Shown: in pieces, positions 50,427 to 61,784 of the stretch
Numbering within the stretch: position 1 is the first letter of the stretch
How the letters are laid out: the number at the start of each line of letters is the position of its first letter
Assembly: GCF_001194135.2 (NCBI RefSeq)
Contig: NC_068989.1
Location: 5,003,383-5,067,382 of the forward strand
DNA: 64,000 nt
Direction of reading: 5' to 3'
Origin: Octopus bimaculoides
Taxonomy: Eukaryota
Notes under the pieces: model-generated
What the model saw: only the letters and a program-made list of their open reading frames with translations
Database searches by the model: none
Told to the model about the DNA's origin: nothing
Translations under genes and position numbers: made by a program

Positions 50427-51056
50427 TGCTAAGTAAAGCCAGTCATTTATAACACCCTTGTTTAAATAATTGTTATAGTTTCCATTATTACATGTACATA
50501 TAGACGGTGAGGTGGCAGAGTCGTTAGCACGCCAGGTGAAAAACTTAGCGGTATTTCATTTGCCACTATGTTCTGAGTTCAAATTCTGCCAATCTCATTC
50601 TGCATAATCTCATTGATACGAAATTTCAGTGATGTGATTTGTTTATTTTTAGAGTGACATTGTTGGGTACTGCTTGCTCCCCTGTGTGTGTGTGTTGTGA
50701 GTGTTCTCGCACAAACAGATTCCTCTCTGTTAAAACAATCTCTCCAGCTGTAAAAACAGTTTCTCTGCTGAAACCTATCCTACTTAAGCTAGGTTGGATT
50801 AATTAGTGTCATAAAAAAGAAAAAATGAAATAGATAGATTATATGAGCTTACAGGAACTGTCATGGTTCTATGCTTAAAAAAAAGCTCATTTTGCAATCA
50901 TGTGGTTCTATATTTGATCCCATCACTAGGCACTTTTAACCTGCAGTCAACCAAAGACTTGGGGGTGAAATTCGTTAAGAAGTTGTGCAAGATCTTATCA
51001 GGTATGTGTGTGTGTGTGTGTATCCGTCCGTCCGTCCGTCCGTCCTTCTATCTATC

Positions 51057-51099
<43 letters not shown>

Positions 51100-52039
51100 T
51101 TTTGTGTATTTGTTTGTTGATTGGTATATAGCAGTTGCAGTGCAGAAGACATTAACCTTTGAAAGACACACAAAAACTGCTAATTTCATTTAAATATTTG
51201 ATTATATGCTCTCAAAATTTTCATTGCACTGGGTGCTACCCGTTCTCTGGTACAGAGTGTTTTGGACTGGCTCAAATGTTATTTTCCATGCTGTAGGTGT
51301 TTTAGTTTCAACGAATGGTTTCAAATAAAATCACTTACCAAACTAGTACACTTCCAAAATATACCACCCTCATACCACCATCATCATTGATCTGGAGCTA
51401 TAGCAGAAGACACTTACTCAAGTTACCACACAGTGGGACTTGAACCTAGAGCCATATGGTTGAGAAGCAAACTTCTTACCACTCATCCACTTTGTCTACC
51501 TAATAAACTTGCAATGACTTGCCTCAAACTTGTCATTTGATGTTAGAACAATCTCAGTTGGTTAGGTGTTGCTATTATGAAGAGAACTAGGTCAAGTATC
51601 TAAGAGCTTTACACTTACCTTATTCTTAGAAAATAAGTTACATCAGTGTTTATTAGTGTCAAGAAATTATGTTTCTCTGAGTTAAAAGAAAAAAAAATTA
51701 ACCCTTTATTACTGCACCTGCTTTGCCTAAATGCAAGGATTAAATACAAAGTTTTTCAGGAAACAGTTGTGATAAACGTGCTGTCTCTAGGAAGATTTCT
51801 CTCTCATTTACTTCAAAATTCTATTCATGAAGTCAGAAGCTTAACTTGAGCAATCAGAAACCTTTTGAAAGCATTTCATATATTTACTAGTTTAGTAATT
51901 GGTTGGTTCAGCTGATTCATCTGTTCCTTTCTGTATTTTTTATGCTTTAAGTTAATGAAACACTTCCAACAAACCTTTTTTTTAAACTCTATTTTTTTAA
52001 CCCTATTATATGTAACTCAAATAAATCAAGCAAATAGTG

Positions 52040-52380
52040 TGAACAACAAGCAGGTGTATTAGTTTGACGCTCAGGAAAACGAAAAAGTCTTTTACGTTTC
52101 GAGCCTATGCTCTTCAACAGAAAGGAATGAGAGAAAATAAACAGAGAGAGAATTAAAAAAACTTGTAGATTTAGCAGTCAAGCATGGCAAAAAGTTGGAA
52201 AGAAGAGGTTGAAAGAAAGGGAGATAATAAAGTGCTGGCGATCCCAAATGAAGGTGCGCATGTGTGTAGGTATGTGAGAATGGTGTGTGTGATTGTGTAA
52301 GTGTGTGTGCTTGAATAGGGGCTAGTGACTCTGATGTGTGTGCACATGTGTAAATATGTGCATCTGTAACAAGATACATA
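52040..52380 (-). mobile_element. Repeat terminus (probably Penelope-like) carrying a hammerhead-like motif
   Basis: Reverse complement CTTTCTGTTGAAGAGCATAGGCTCGAAACGTAAAAGAC...CCTGAGCGTCAAACTAATACAC, homologous to 36415-36560. Confidence 0.6.
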
Positions 52381-52385
52381 CACAC

Positions 52386-52607
52386 AATGGGCTTCTTTCA
52401 GTTTCTGTCTACCAGATCCACTCGGAAGGCTTTGATCAGTCCAAGGCTGGAGCACCACCTTTAGTTGAACAAATTGACCCCCAAGACTTGTCCTTTGTAA
52501 GCCTAGTACTTATTGTATCGGTCTCTTTTGCCGAACCGCTAAGTTACAGGGACATAAACACACCAGCATTGGTTGTCAAGCGATGGTGGGGGGGGGGGGG
52601 GGGACGA

Positions 52608-52642
<35 letters not shown>

Positions 52643-52800
52643 TACATACACATATATATACAATGGGCTTCTTTCAGTTTCCATCTACCAAATCTACTCA
52701 CAAGACTTTGGTCGGCCCGAGGCTATAGTAGAAGACACTTGCCCAAGATGCCTGGCTGTGGGACTGAACCCGGGACCATGTGGTTGGTAAGCAAGCTACA
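52386..52800 (-). mobile_element. SINE family A with an extra misplaced head segment (52386-52447)
   Basis: ATGGGCTTCTTTCAGTTTC..CTACCA occurs at about 52388 and again at about 52663. Confidence 0.85.
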
Positions 52801-53025
52801 ACAACTTTTACTGCAGCTGTTGTTACTACTACTACTACTATTACCATCATCAGCAGCAATGGAAGGAGTCTATATATAATCTTTCGAGTTATTAGAAATA
52901 ACAGTCAAACCCCTCAAAAATGGGGATATCTTAGATGATGTAGATACAGTCAAGAAAGATGGGATGGTCATGAATGGAATGTCTTTGATCACAAGTTTTC
53001 TTGATCAAGAACACTTGGAACTAAC

Positions 53026-53230
53026 ATTTACTCTTTTACTTGTTTCAGTCATTTGACTGCGACCATGCTGGAGCACCGCCTTTAGTCGAACAAATCGACC
53101 CCAGGACTTTATTCTTTGGAAGCCTAGTACTTATTCTATCAGTTTCTTTTGCCGAACCTCTAAGTTACGGGGACATAAACACACCACCATCAGTTGTCAA
53201 GCGATGTTGGGGGGACAAACAGACACACAT

Positions 53231-53281
<51 letters not shown>

Positions 53282-53537
53282 TACTACTTGGCAAAATTGT
53301 TAATTATTAATTCTATTATTAATTGACGATTCCCTGCCCTTATTCTTGTATATTATATATATATACATATATACGACAGGCTTCTTTCAGTTTCCGTCTA
53401 CCAAATCCACTCACAAGGCTTTGGTCAGCCCGAGGCCATAGTAGAAGACACTTGCCCAAGGTGCCACGCAGTGGGAGTGAACCCAGAACCATGTGGTTGG
53501 TAAGCAAGCTACTTACCACACAGCCACTCCTGCACCT
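53026..53537 (-). mobile_element. SINE family A, full-length
   Basis: Complete signature to CCACTCCTGCACCT. Confidence 0.92.
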
Positions 53538-54135
53538 ATTTGTACACATTTAACTTCTAGAGAACAGGTAATAAGCTTATTTACTTTAATTTTATTCTTT
53601 ACTTTACTTTGGAAGTTACCTGCAGCTAATTAGCATTCTATCCCAAGGTGAGTGATTCTCTCTTCCCCTCAGAATCATGTTAATTGGATTTAAGTACTGT
53701 TTCAATGGATGAATCCACTGTTGATCCTAAAATATCTTTCAACTAGCTTTCTCTCCCCCCTCTCACCATCGCTCATTCTGTCTTCCTTTTTGATCCCCCC
53801 CTCAATCTTTCTTGTTCCCTCTCTCAAGTTATCTCTCTACCTCTCCCTCACCTCAACTGTCTCTTCCCCCCCTCTCTATGTCCTCCTCCTCCTTCATTCC
53901 CTCCACCTTCCTTTCTTTCCCTACATCCATCCAACATGGCTAGTCTATGTATTCCTTCTAATCATTTGAGAAGATACTTGTATTACTATTCAGCTGCCTA
54001 CTTGCATGTCTTTCTGCCTGTCTACACCACATTCTCGTACCCACCCCCTCTTCACACACACACGATCACATGACTAGAAACTTCTGGTATTTCGCCTCCT
54101 CTCTCTTATTTCCCATTTGTTAAAACACACAAACA

Positions 54136-54193
<58 letters not shown>

Positions 54194-54466
54194 ATCATTG
54201 ACCATTTCATGGCATCCTGTTTCTGCCTCTACCTATCAAGTGATTCTCTCACACTTTCCACCTAATTCTCTCTCTCTCTCTCTATATTCCTCTATGTCAC
54301 TGACCATTTTATAACATCCTGTATTTCTCTCTTTACCTCTTGTTTCTCACTCTTTTTAATTCTCTCTCTCTCTTTCTTCTACTTTTTTCTTACCGTGTGG
54401 TATAAATTCTCTCTCTTTTCCTCTCTCCATTTCTCTTCCTCTCTCTCTCTCCATTTCTCTTTTCTT

Positions 54467-54524
<58 letters not shown>

Positions 54525-55610
54525 CGCTCGCGCACACACTTTAAACAGTGACCCACACTACTTAATAACACTTAATATAACTACTTGACCAATTTCTCTC
54601 AAGACTGTGTGTGTGTGTCCCTGTTTTTGCAAGTGTGTTTCTATGTTTTTGCAACTACGTTCACGTGTTTGTTCATCTGTGGCCATATATTTGTGCAACT
54701 GTGTGTTCCTGTGTTCGTGTATGTATACAAACATGTATGTGTGTATGTACTCAAGTGTATCTGTATAAGTACCTACTTGTCTTTATGGCTTCACCTGAAA
54801 CAATAGATAGTTATTCTGCCTGGAGAAGAAATAATGCATACATCTCTCTTCACTCTGCCTTTTAGCTAAATGAATTATATATATATNNNNNNNNNNNNNN
54901 NNNNNNNNNNNNNNNNNNNNNNNNNNNNNNNNNNNNNNNNNNNNNNNNNNNNNNNNNNNNNNNNNNNNNNNNNNNNNNNNNNNNNNNNNNNNNNNNNNNN
55001 NNNNNNNNNNNNNNNNNNNNNNNNNNNNNNNNNNNNNNNNNNNNNNNNNNNNNNNNNNNNNNNNNNNNNNNNNNNNNNNNNNNNNNNNNNNNNNNNNNNN
55101 NNNNNNNNNNNNNNNNNNNNNNNNNNNNNNNNNNNNNNNNNNNNNNNNNNNNNNNNNNNNNNNNNNNNNNNNNNNNNNNNNNNNNNNNNNNNNNNNNNNN
55201 NNNNNNNNNNNNNNNNNNNNNNNNNNNNNNNNNNNNNNNNNNNNNNNNNNNNNNNNNNNNNNNNNNNNNNNNNNNNNNNNNNNNNNNNNNNNNNNNNNNN
55301 NNNNNNNNNNNNNNNNNNNNNNNNNNNNNNNNNNNNNNNNNNNNNNNNNNNNNNNNNNNNNNNNNNNNNNNNNNNNNNNNNNNNNNNNNNNNNNNNNNNN
55401 NNNNNNNNNNNNNNNNNNNNNNNNNNNNNNNNNNNNNNNNNNNNNNNNNNNNNNNNNNNNNNNNNNNNNNNNNNNNNNNNNNNNNNNNNNNNNNNNNNNN
55501 NNNNNNNNNNNNNNNNNNNNNNNNNNNNNNNNNNNNNNNNNNNNNNNNNNNNNNNNNNNNNNNNNNNNNNNNNNNNNNNNNNNNNNNNNNNNNNNNNNNN
55601 NNNNNNNNNN

Positions 55611-55926
55611 TGATTAGCCGGAGATGATTTTTAAAATGAGAATATCTGAAATAAACTCGACTGCTCTCACAAACGAGAATATTAAAAATGAACCCGACTG
55701 CTCTCAAAAATTAAGTAAAAAAAAAACAGGAAAAATAATCCAGAATCCTTTTCCAGCACTGGATTGATCCTAAAATCTAGTCAGTTCATACTTGTTACGA
55801 GGCCAAACATTCCTGAAAGTTTCATCCGAATCCATCCAGTGGTTCTTGTGATAGCTTGTCCACGGACAAACAAACAAACAAACACGACTGAAAACAATAC
55901 CTCTGCCTTCGCTAAGGTGGAGGTAA
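55611..55926 (+). mobile_element. Helentron-associated (HINE-like) element 3' part
   Basis: (CAAA)n then GAAAACAATACCTCTGCCTTCGCTAAGGTGGAGGTAA terminal stem-loop (55898-55925); 5' end lies in a gap. Confidence 0.6.
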
Positions 55927-56052
55927 GAATATACAGTACAATACTGTTTCTACTTCGTGAATTTTCACCTGTCGCAGGAGGTTTTGGAATGTAACACCTG
56001 CAATAGTCCAGGGATTACTGTATAGATACATACACACACACACACACACACA

Positions 56053-56422
56053 TTCTTTTATCTTATTCTTTTACTTGTTTCAGTCATTTTGACTGTGGCC
56101 ATGCTGGAGCACCACTTTTTAGTCAAAGAAATCGACCCCTGGACTTATTCTGTCAGACTCTTTTTGCTGAACCACTAAGTTATGGGGACATAAACACACC
56201 GACATCAGTTGTCAAGTGATGGTTGGTAGGGGTCAAACACAGACACAAACATATATACATATATATACAACGAGCTTCTTTCAGTTTCTGTCTACCAAAT
56301 CCACTCACAAGGCTTTGGTCGGCCCCAGGCTATAGTAGAAGACACTTGAACAAGGTGCCATGCAGTGGAACTGAACCTGGAATCATTTGGTTGAGAAGCA
56401 AGCTTCTTACCACACAGCCACA
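56053..56422 (-). mobile_element. SINE family A
   Basis: Signature present. Confidence 0.9.
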
Positions 56423-56690
56423 TCTGCATCTATCTTTATATATATATCTTTATATATCTGCATCTATTTTTATATATAAATAGTGATAAAGAATTTGTAT
56501 TTCAGATTAAAGATGGTGATCAATTATAAAAACAAAAAACAACGTAGTAGTTTGGCAAAAGAGATCAATAGAACAAGTACCAGACTTATTAAGTACTGTG
56601 GTTGATTTGCTTGACTAAACCATTTAGGCTGTGTTCCAGTATGACTGGATTTGGTAGATAGAAGCTGAAAGAAGCCTGTTGTGCATGTAT

Positions 56691-56737
<47 letters not shown>

Positions 56738-57269
56738 CGCACGTTAAGTCTTCTTGTTTGGACATCATGTGATAAGTGTGGATGAGCTTGGCCATGGGAA
56801 ATATTACTTTACCAGGAAACAGTTTAGGGTTGGTGACAGGAGGGGCATCTGGCCATAGCTCTTCCTCAGAAAATTCCATCAGACTCTGAAAAATGGAGAT
56901 TAAAACGACAATGCCATTGATTATCTATGACTCAATTGCATCTCTACTTTTATTTGGAGGCATTTGTATCACACTTGAAATTGGCTCAATTTGCCTCTAA
57001 TAAAGAATATTTGTCACCAGATCTAAAATTAGCAGCTACTTATTAATGGTCATGAGACAGCGTCTTAACTTGGCTTGATTAAAATAAACTACATGATTAC
57101 TCTCTCGACCACAAAAGTTGATTCATTTGATAAAGAATTCCCTGAAGTGTTCAATGACATTGCTCAAATTATCAATCAACTTTGATGTAAAATCAGTAAT
57201 AGAACCTTTGAGTTGAATGCTGTTTCATGTGAGACAAAGTAAAAGCAGAAATTGAATGCTTGATTAAAG

Positions 57270-57685
57270 GAACTGGTGTGGCTGTGTGGTTAAGAAGTTT
57301 GCTTTTCAACCTCATGGTTTGGAGTTCAGCCTCAACGTGTGGCACCTTTGGCAATTCTCTTCTACTATAACCCCAGGTAGAGCAAAGCTTTGTGAGTAGG
57401 CTTGATAAATGAAATCTGAAAGAAGCAATCATACATACATGTGTATGTGTGTTTGTGTCTTTTTGTCTTGATATCATGTAATTGTTTTAAATGAATGTCG
57501 TTCATTTCCTATATTCTGCAAAAACATGTCTGGCCATGGGGAAATATTACCTTGCTTGAAAACAGGTGAGGATTGATGACAGGAAGGGTATCCAGCTGCA
57601 GAAAATCTGCCTCAATAAAACTATGTTGGACCCATGCAAGCATAGAAAAGTGAACGTTAAAACGATGATGATGATGATGATGATA
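57270..57685 (+). mobile_element. Chimeric SINE: family-A head with RTE-type tail
   Basis: GTGGCTGTGTGGTTAAGAAG...GGCACCTTTGGCAA...; tail ACAGGAAGGGTATCCAGC...GAACGTTAAAAC(GAT)n. Confidence 0.8.
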
Positions 57686-57960
57686 AAACTGAACATCATT
57701 GAGAGATTGTTACTCCTTAAAATAGATTTCCACCATTGATTGCAGTATCAAAGAAAAACCTTAGCTGCATTCATTTGTGTGTGTGGGCCTATGTTGAGCA
57801 AATAGAGAAAGAAAAGAACCTATTAAGAAAGTACTGGAAAAATTTGAATACATCCTGCCTTTTTTTTCTTTAGAGTTAGCTCTCAATATGGCTTTCTCCT
57901 GGGTGGTTAGGTACATCACTGTGTCATGACAATATTTACTTCTTCCAGCAGATTATATTG

Positions 57961-58158
57961 GTTTCAAATTTTGGCACAAGGCCAGCAAGGTCAAGAAAGG
58001 AGTTACATCAATTACAGTGACCCCAGTGCCCAACTGGTACTTATTTTATCAACCCCGAAAGGATGAAAGACAAAGTTGACCTCAGCAGAATTTGAACTCA
58101 GAGCATAAAGACAGACAAAATGCTGCTAAGCATTGTACCCAGCATGCTAACACTTCTG
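57961..58158 (-). mobile_element. SINE family B with 16-bp flanking direct repeat
   Basis: CCAGCAGATTATATTG at 57945-57960 and 58159-58174. Confidence 0.85.
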
Positions 58159-58907
58159 CCAGCAGATTATATTGATACAATTTTTAATGTTAGTGTAAGT
58201 GATTTTTGGAATCTCCCCAGCATTTGAAGAATTTCAGAGGAAATTATTTGCTGTCTTTTTAAGATATGAACTTAATGTAATCAATATTGCAAATATTATT
58301 GTAGTCTATGGCAGGTCGAAAGAAGAAAAAGAAACAAGACTGTAGCATGACACTGAACCGGGGCAGGAAAATTACATTTAATTGGGTAATAATTACTTCA
58401 AGAAATACAAGCACAACATTGATTTTCTGGAATCTTTGCCAAAACCATTTTGAATTACTGCTGTTTCCGAATCAGGGGTGGTTACACTCTAAACAAATAT
58501 TAAATTTACTTAAAATAAGTGTACCTCTGCATCATCATCATCATTGTTTATTAGTATAAATCGGTAGTTCTCAACTAAGGTCCATATGACCATTGAAGGG
58601 GTCCACATAAGGTTTTGTTGTTAAAATTTATGCTTAACAAACTGGTTATACTTTATAAGATACATAAAATGTTTTAATTTTTTATATGTTTGTGTGTCTG
58701 TGTTTGTCCCCCCCCCCCCCATCATCACTTGACAACTGATGTCGGTGTATTTACGTCCCTGTAACTTAATGGTTTAGGAAAAGAGACATACATATATACA
58801 CACACATATATATATATGTATAAAAAAGATAATGCAGTGTTTTGAGGGATCTATGACTGCTGTTTCCAGCAGGTTCGGTGACTATGTGGAAGCTCCACTT
58901 GTGTACT

Positions 58908-59290
58908 GTTGTTGGTACTCCGTCGCTTACAACGTCGAGGGTTCCTGTTGATCTGATCAACGGAACAGCTTGCTCATGAAATTAACGTGCAAGTGGTTGA
59001 GCACTCCACAGACGCGTGTAACCTTAACGTAGTTCTCAGGTATATTCAGCGTGACACAGTGTGACAAGGCTGACCCTTTGAATTACAGGCACAACAGAAA
59101 CAGGAAGAAAGAGTGAGAGAAAGTTGTGGTGGAAGAGTACAGCAGGGTTCACCACCATCCCCTGCCGGAGCCTTGTGGAGCTTTAGGTGTTTTCGCTCAA
59201 TAAACACTTACAACGCCCGGTCTGGGAATCAAAACCGCGATCCTATAACCGCAAATCCGCTGCCCTAACCACTGGGCCATTGCGCCTCCA
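58908..59290 (-). mobile_element. Full-length tRNA-headed SINE with Deu/Nin-like central domain, 12-bp TSD
   Basis: TSD CACTTGTGTACT at 58896-58907 and 59291-59302; A/B boxes present; core (reverse complement) CAGCCTTGTCACACTGTGTCACGCTGAAT...AACCACTTGCACGTTAATTTC. Confidence 0.88.
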
Positions 59291-59737
59291 CACTTGTGTA
59301 CTAGCAGTGGTTTAAACTGCATGGTGGTGTTTGAGATGATGGTGATGTGTTAGATGTAGGGGTGTAACAAGTTTAGTTATGGTGCAGTTGTCGTGAAAAA
59401 GAAGATTAAAGAAAGAAAAAAAAATAAATAAATGGAAAGAAACTTGAATAAGTATGTGGTGCCATTGCAACAAGGGTTGTATATTTACAAGATGTGCTCT
59501 ATATTACACATGATAGATTGCATTTGGTTAGATATATACAGTGATAGTGTGTGACGGGTTTTACAGACTTTGGTTTATAGTTTTGACTTATTTGTGTTGC
59601 TGTGGAGTGGGTGAGAGATTTCTCTTCTCCTGATAGGAATAAATCCTTTATCCACCCTTGCCCAGACCAACACCAACACTCTGAAACTGATACTCCGGAA
59701 TCTCTACTCCCCCTACCCTCACCCTCCATCTTCACTA

Positions 59738-59798
<61 letters not shown>

Positions 59799-60168
59799 GG
59801 GAAAAAGATAAACAGCTGTTTATGTGAACAATCATGCCACAGTGGTTAAGTTGTACTGGGTGGTGATGGTGGGGTGGTTATGATAAAATGAAAGGTGGAG
59901 ATTAAAAATAAAATTTTAACAAATAGAGGAGGAGAGGTGGGCGTGGTAGTATTAGTATGGTTGTTATTGTAAATTTTGTTTTTGTATTTGGCTTGCAAGA
60001 TTCTTGATGTGAATTCATGTGTTGAAACAAATCTTACCATGTCTTGGGAGGGTCGTTATAACAACAACAACACACAGATTCAGTTCCACCTCGTTAGTCA
60101 CTTAGTTATATATCTAACCAACCAACTAATCAATTGTTTGTGTAATGTGTTGGTTAAACAATCAATTG

Positions 60169-60585
60169 GTTCATTATTTACATTTGACGGATATTTGTCC
60201 TCATCTTGTTTGTTGTTAACACAACATTTCGGCTGATATACCCTCCAGCCTTCATCAGGTGTCTTGGGGGAAATTTCAAACCTGGGTTCTCATTCTTAAG
60301 GTATTTTTCAATGTTATTATTATTCAGTTCACTGACTGGAATCAAACTCGGAATCTTGGGGTTAGTAGCCTGCGCTCTTAACCACTACATCGTATGAATA
60401 ATAATAATAATAACATTGAAAAATACATTAGGAATGAGAACCCAGGTTTGAAATTTCCCCAAGACACCTGATGAAATCTGGAGGGTATATCAGCCGAAAT
60501 GTGTTAACAACAAACAAGATGAGAAGAAATATCCGTCAAATGTAAAATAATGTACATAATTCGTCATCTCTTAAATATAGAACTG
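60169..60585. mobile_element. Inverted pair of Penelope-associated terminal repeats with tRNA-like spacer and 9-bp TSD
   Basis: Arms about 60170-60325 and 60397-60550 are reverse complements; AATCAATTG at 60160-60168 and 60586-60594; homologous to 21500-21661. Confidence 0.85.
60218..60263 (-). ncRNA. Minimal type I hammerhead-ribozyme-like motif
   Basis: Reverse complement: GACAC CUGAUGA A GGCUG-GAGGGUAUAU-CAGCC GAAA UG UU GUGUU. Stem I GACAC/GUGUU, stem II 5 bp, and no closed stem III. Confidence 0.6.
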
Positions 60586-60882
60586 AATCAATTGATTGTT
60601 TGTTAGTTCAAGTTCTTTCACTGTTGTTCTCCCCAAACAGGTTGCCTGGACTAGCATGAACTAAAGTGTTTTGACCCAAAACACAATGCACAGTCTAGTC
60701 CTGGAATTAAAACTGTGATCTTGCGATTGAGTGCAAAAGCCTAACCACTGGGCCACATGCCTTCGCTAAAATTGCTCTCCTCAAAATTGCCTGCCTTGTG
60801 CAAACTTTTATTATTATTATTATCATTATACTGTTTTTTCAACATTTATTTAGTTTTACATTTATTTTTTATTTTATTTTAG

Positions 60883-61562
60883 GTGAAACCAATTCACTTG
60901 CCAAAGTCCTAGAGTCACAGGTTCGAATTCTATGCTGGGTGATGACCAACCCTAATAACATCAGAAAGAAGGCAATACATGTGAATGCAACATGGGGCCG
61001 ACGTTGCAACATATTGTTGTTCATGAGTTCTGCCGATGAACCTGTCAACTTGCCGATTGTGAAACTGCCCGTTTCAGAAGGCAGAAACAACCTATGGGCA
61101 AAAACTAAGGAAGCATTCAAGTATGTCTACAAACATCACATGAACAACTATGATTGGTTCTTCAAGGCAGATGATGACACCTATGCTATCATTGAAAACC
61201 TGCGGCATCTGCTCAGTGAGCATGACCACAACTCACCGATATTCTTTGGACGCAGGTTTAAGCCTTACGTGAAGCAAGGCTACATGAGTGGTGGTGCTGG
61301 CTATGTGCTGAGTAAAGAGGCTGTGCGAAGGTTCATTGAGAATGGACTCAACAATAAGAGTATCTGCCGTTCTGATAACGGTGGGGCTGAGGACGTGGAG
61401 ATGGGAGCCTGCCTTGAGAGGGTTGGTGTCAAAGCCGGGGACTCACGGGATATCATGGGACGAGAACGGTTCCACCCTTTTGTACCAGAACATCATCTCA
61501 TACCAGATATTCTTCCAAGGGAGATGTGGTACATGAGTTTCAATTTCTACCCTGTAAGGCAG
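60883..61562 (+). CDS. C1GALT1: Core 1 beta-1,3-galactosyltransferase, catalytic-domain exon (GT31/fringe-like); gene continues beyond the window
   Basis: Translation contains VRILCWVMT, WFFKADDDTY (DDD at 61170-61178), FGRRFKPYVKQGYMSGGAGYVLSKEA, EDV and GDSRD...FHPFVPEHHL, all T-synthase hallmarks. Acceptor TTTTATTTTAG/ at 60882 and donor CAG/GTAAGG at 61562/61563 (phase 0). The two exons total 945 nt = 315 codons. Confidence 0.97.
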
Positions 61563-61745
61563 GTAAGGACCATTATTTTTATTAAATTTTTTCATAACTG
61601 TTTGTGTTTTTGTATATTAAAAAAAATGGTACTAAAATCAAGGTTTCAAATGCAAGGCCTCTACCACAATTTTTAAGAAATGTGGTGGAAAACTAGCAGA
61701 AGAAGACAGGGATGCTACTCCCTGAGACCCTTTCGGAGCCCCCTA

Positions 61746-61781
<36 letters not shown>

Positions 61782-61784
<3 letters not shown>

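Larger units (their letters stand above)
34076..60882 (+). other. GT-AG intron (26,807 bp) of C1GALT1-like gene
   Basis: Canonical donor and acceptor with matching phase 1; filled with repeats and N gaps, so the length is approximate. Confidence 0.85.

Noticed and set aside
60798-61676. Full 292-aa ORF as a single-exon gene
   Set aside because: The first 28 and last 37 codons are AT-rich intronic read-through; canonical splice sites at 60882 and 61563 bound the homologous part.
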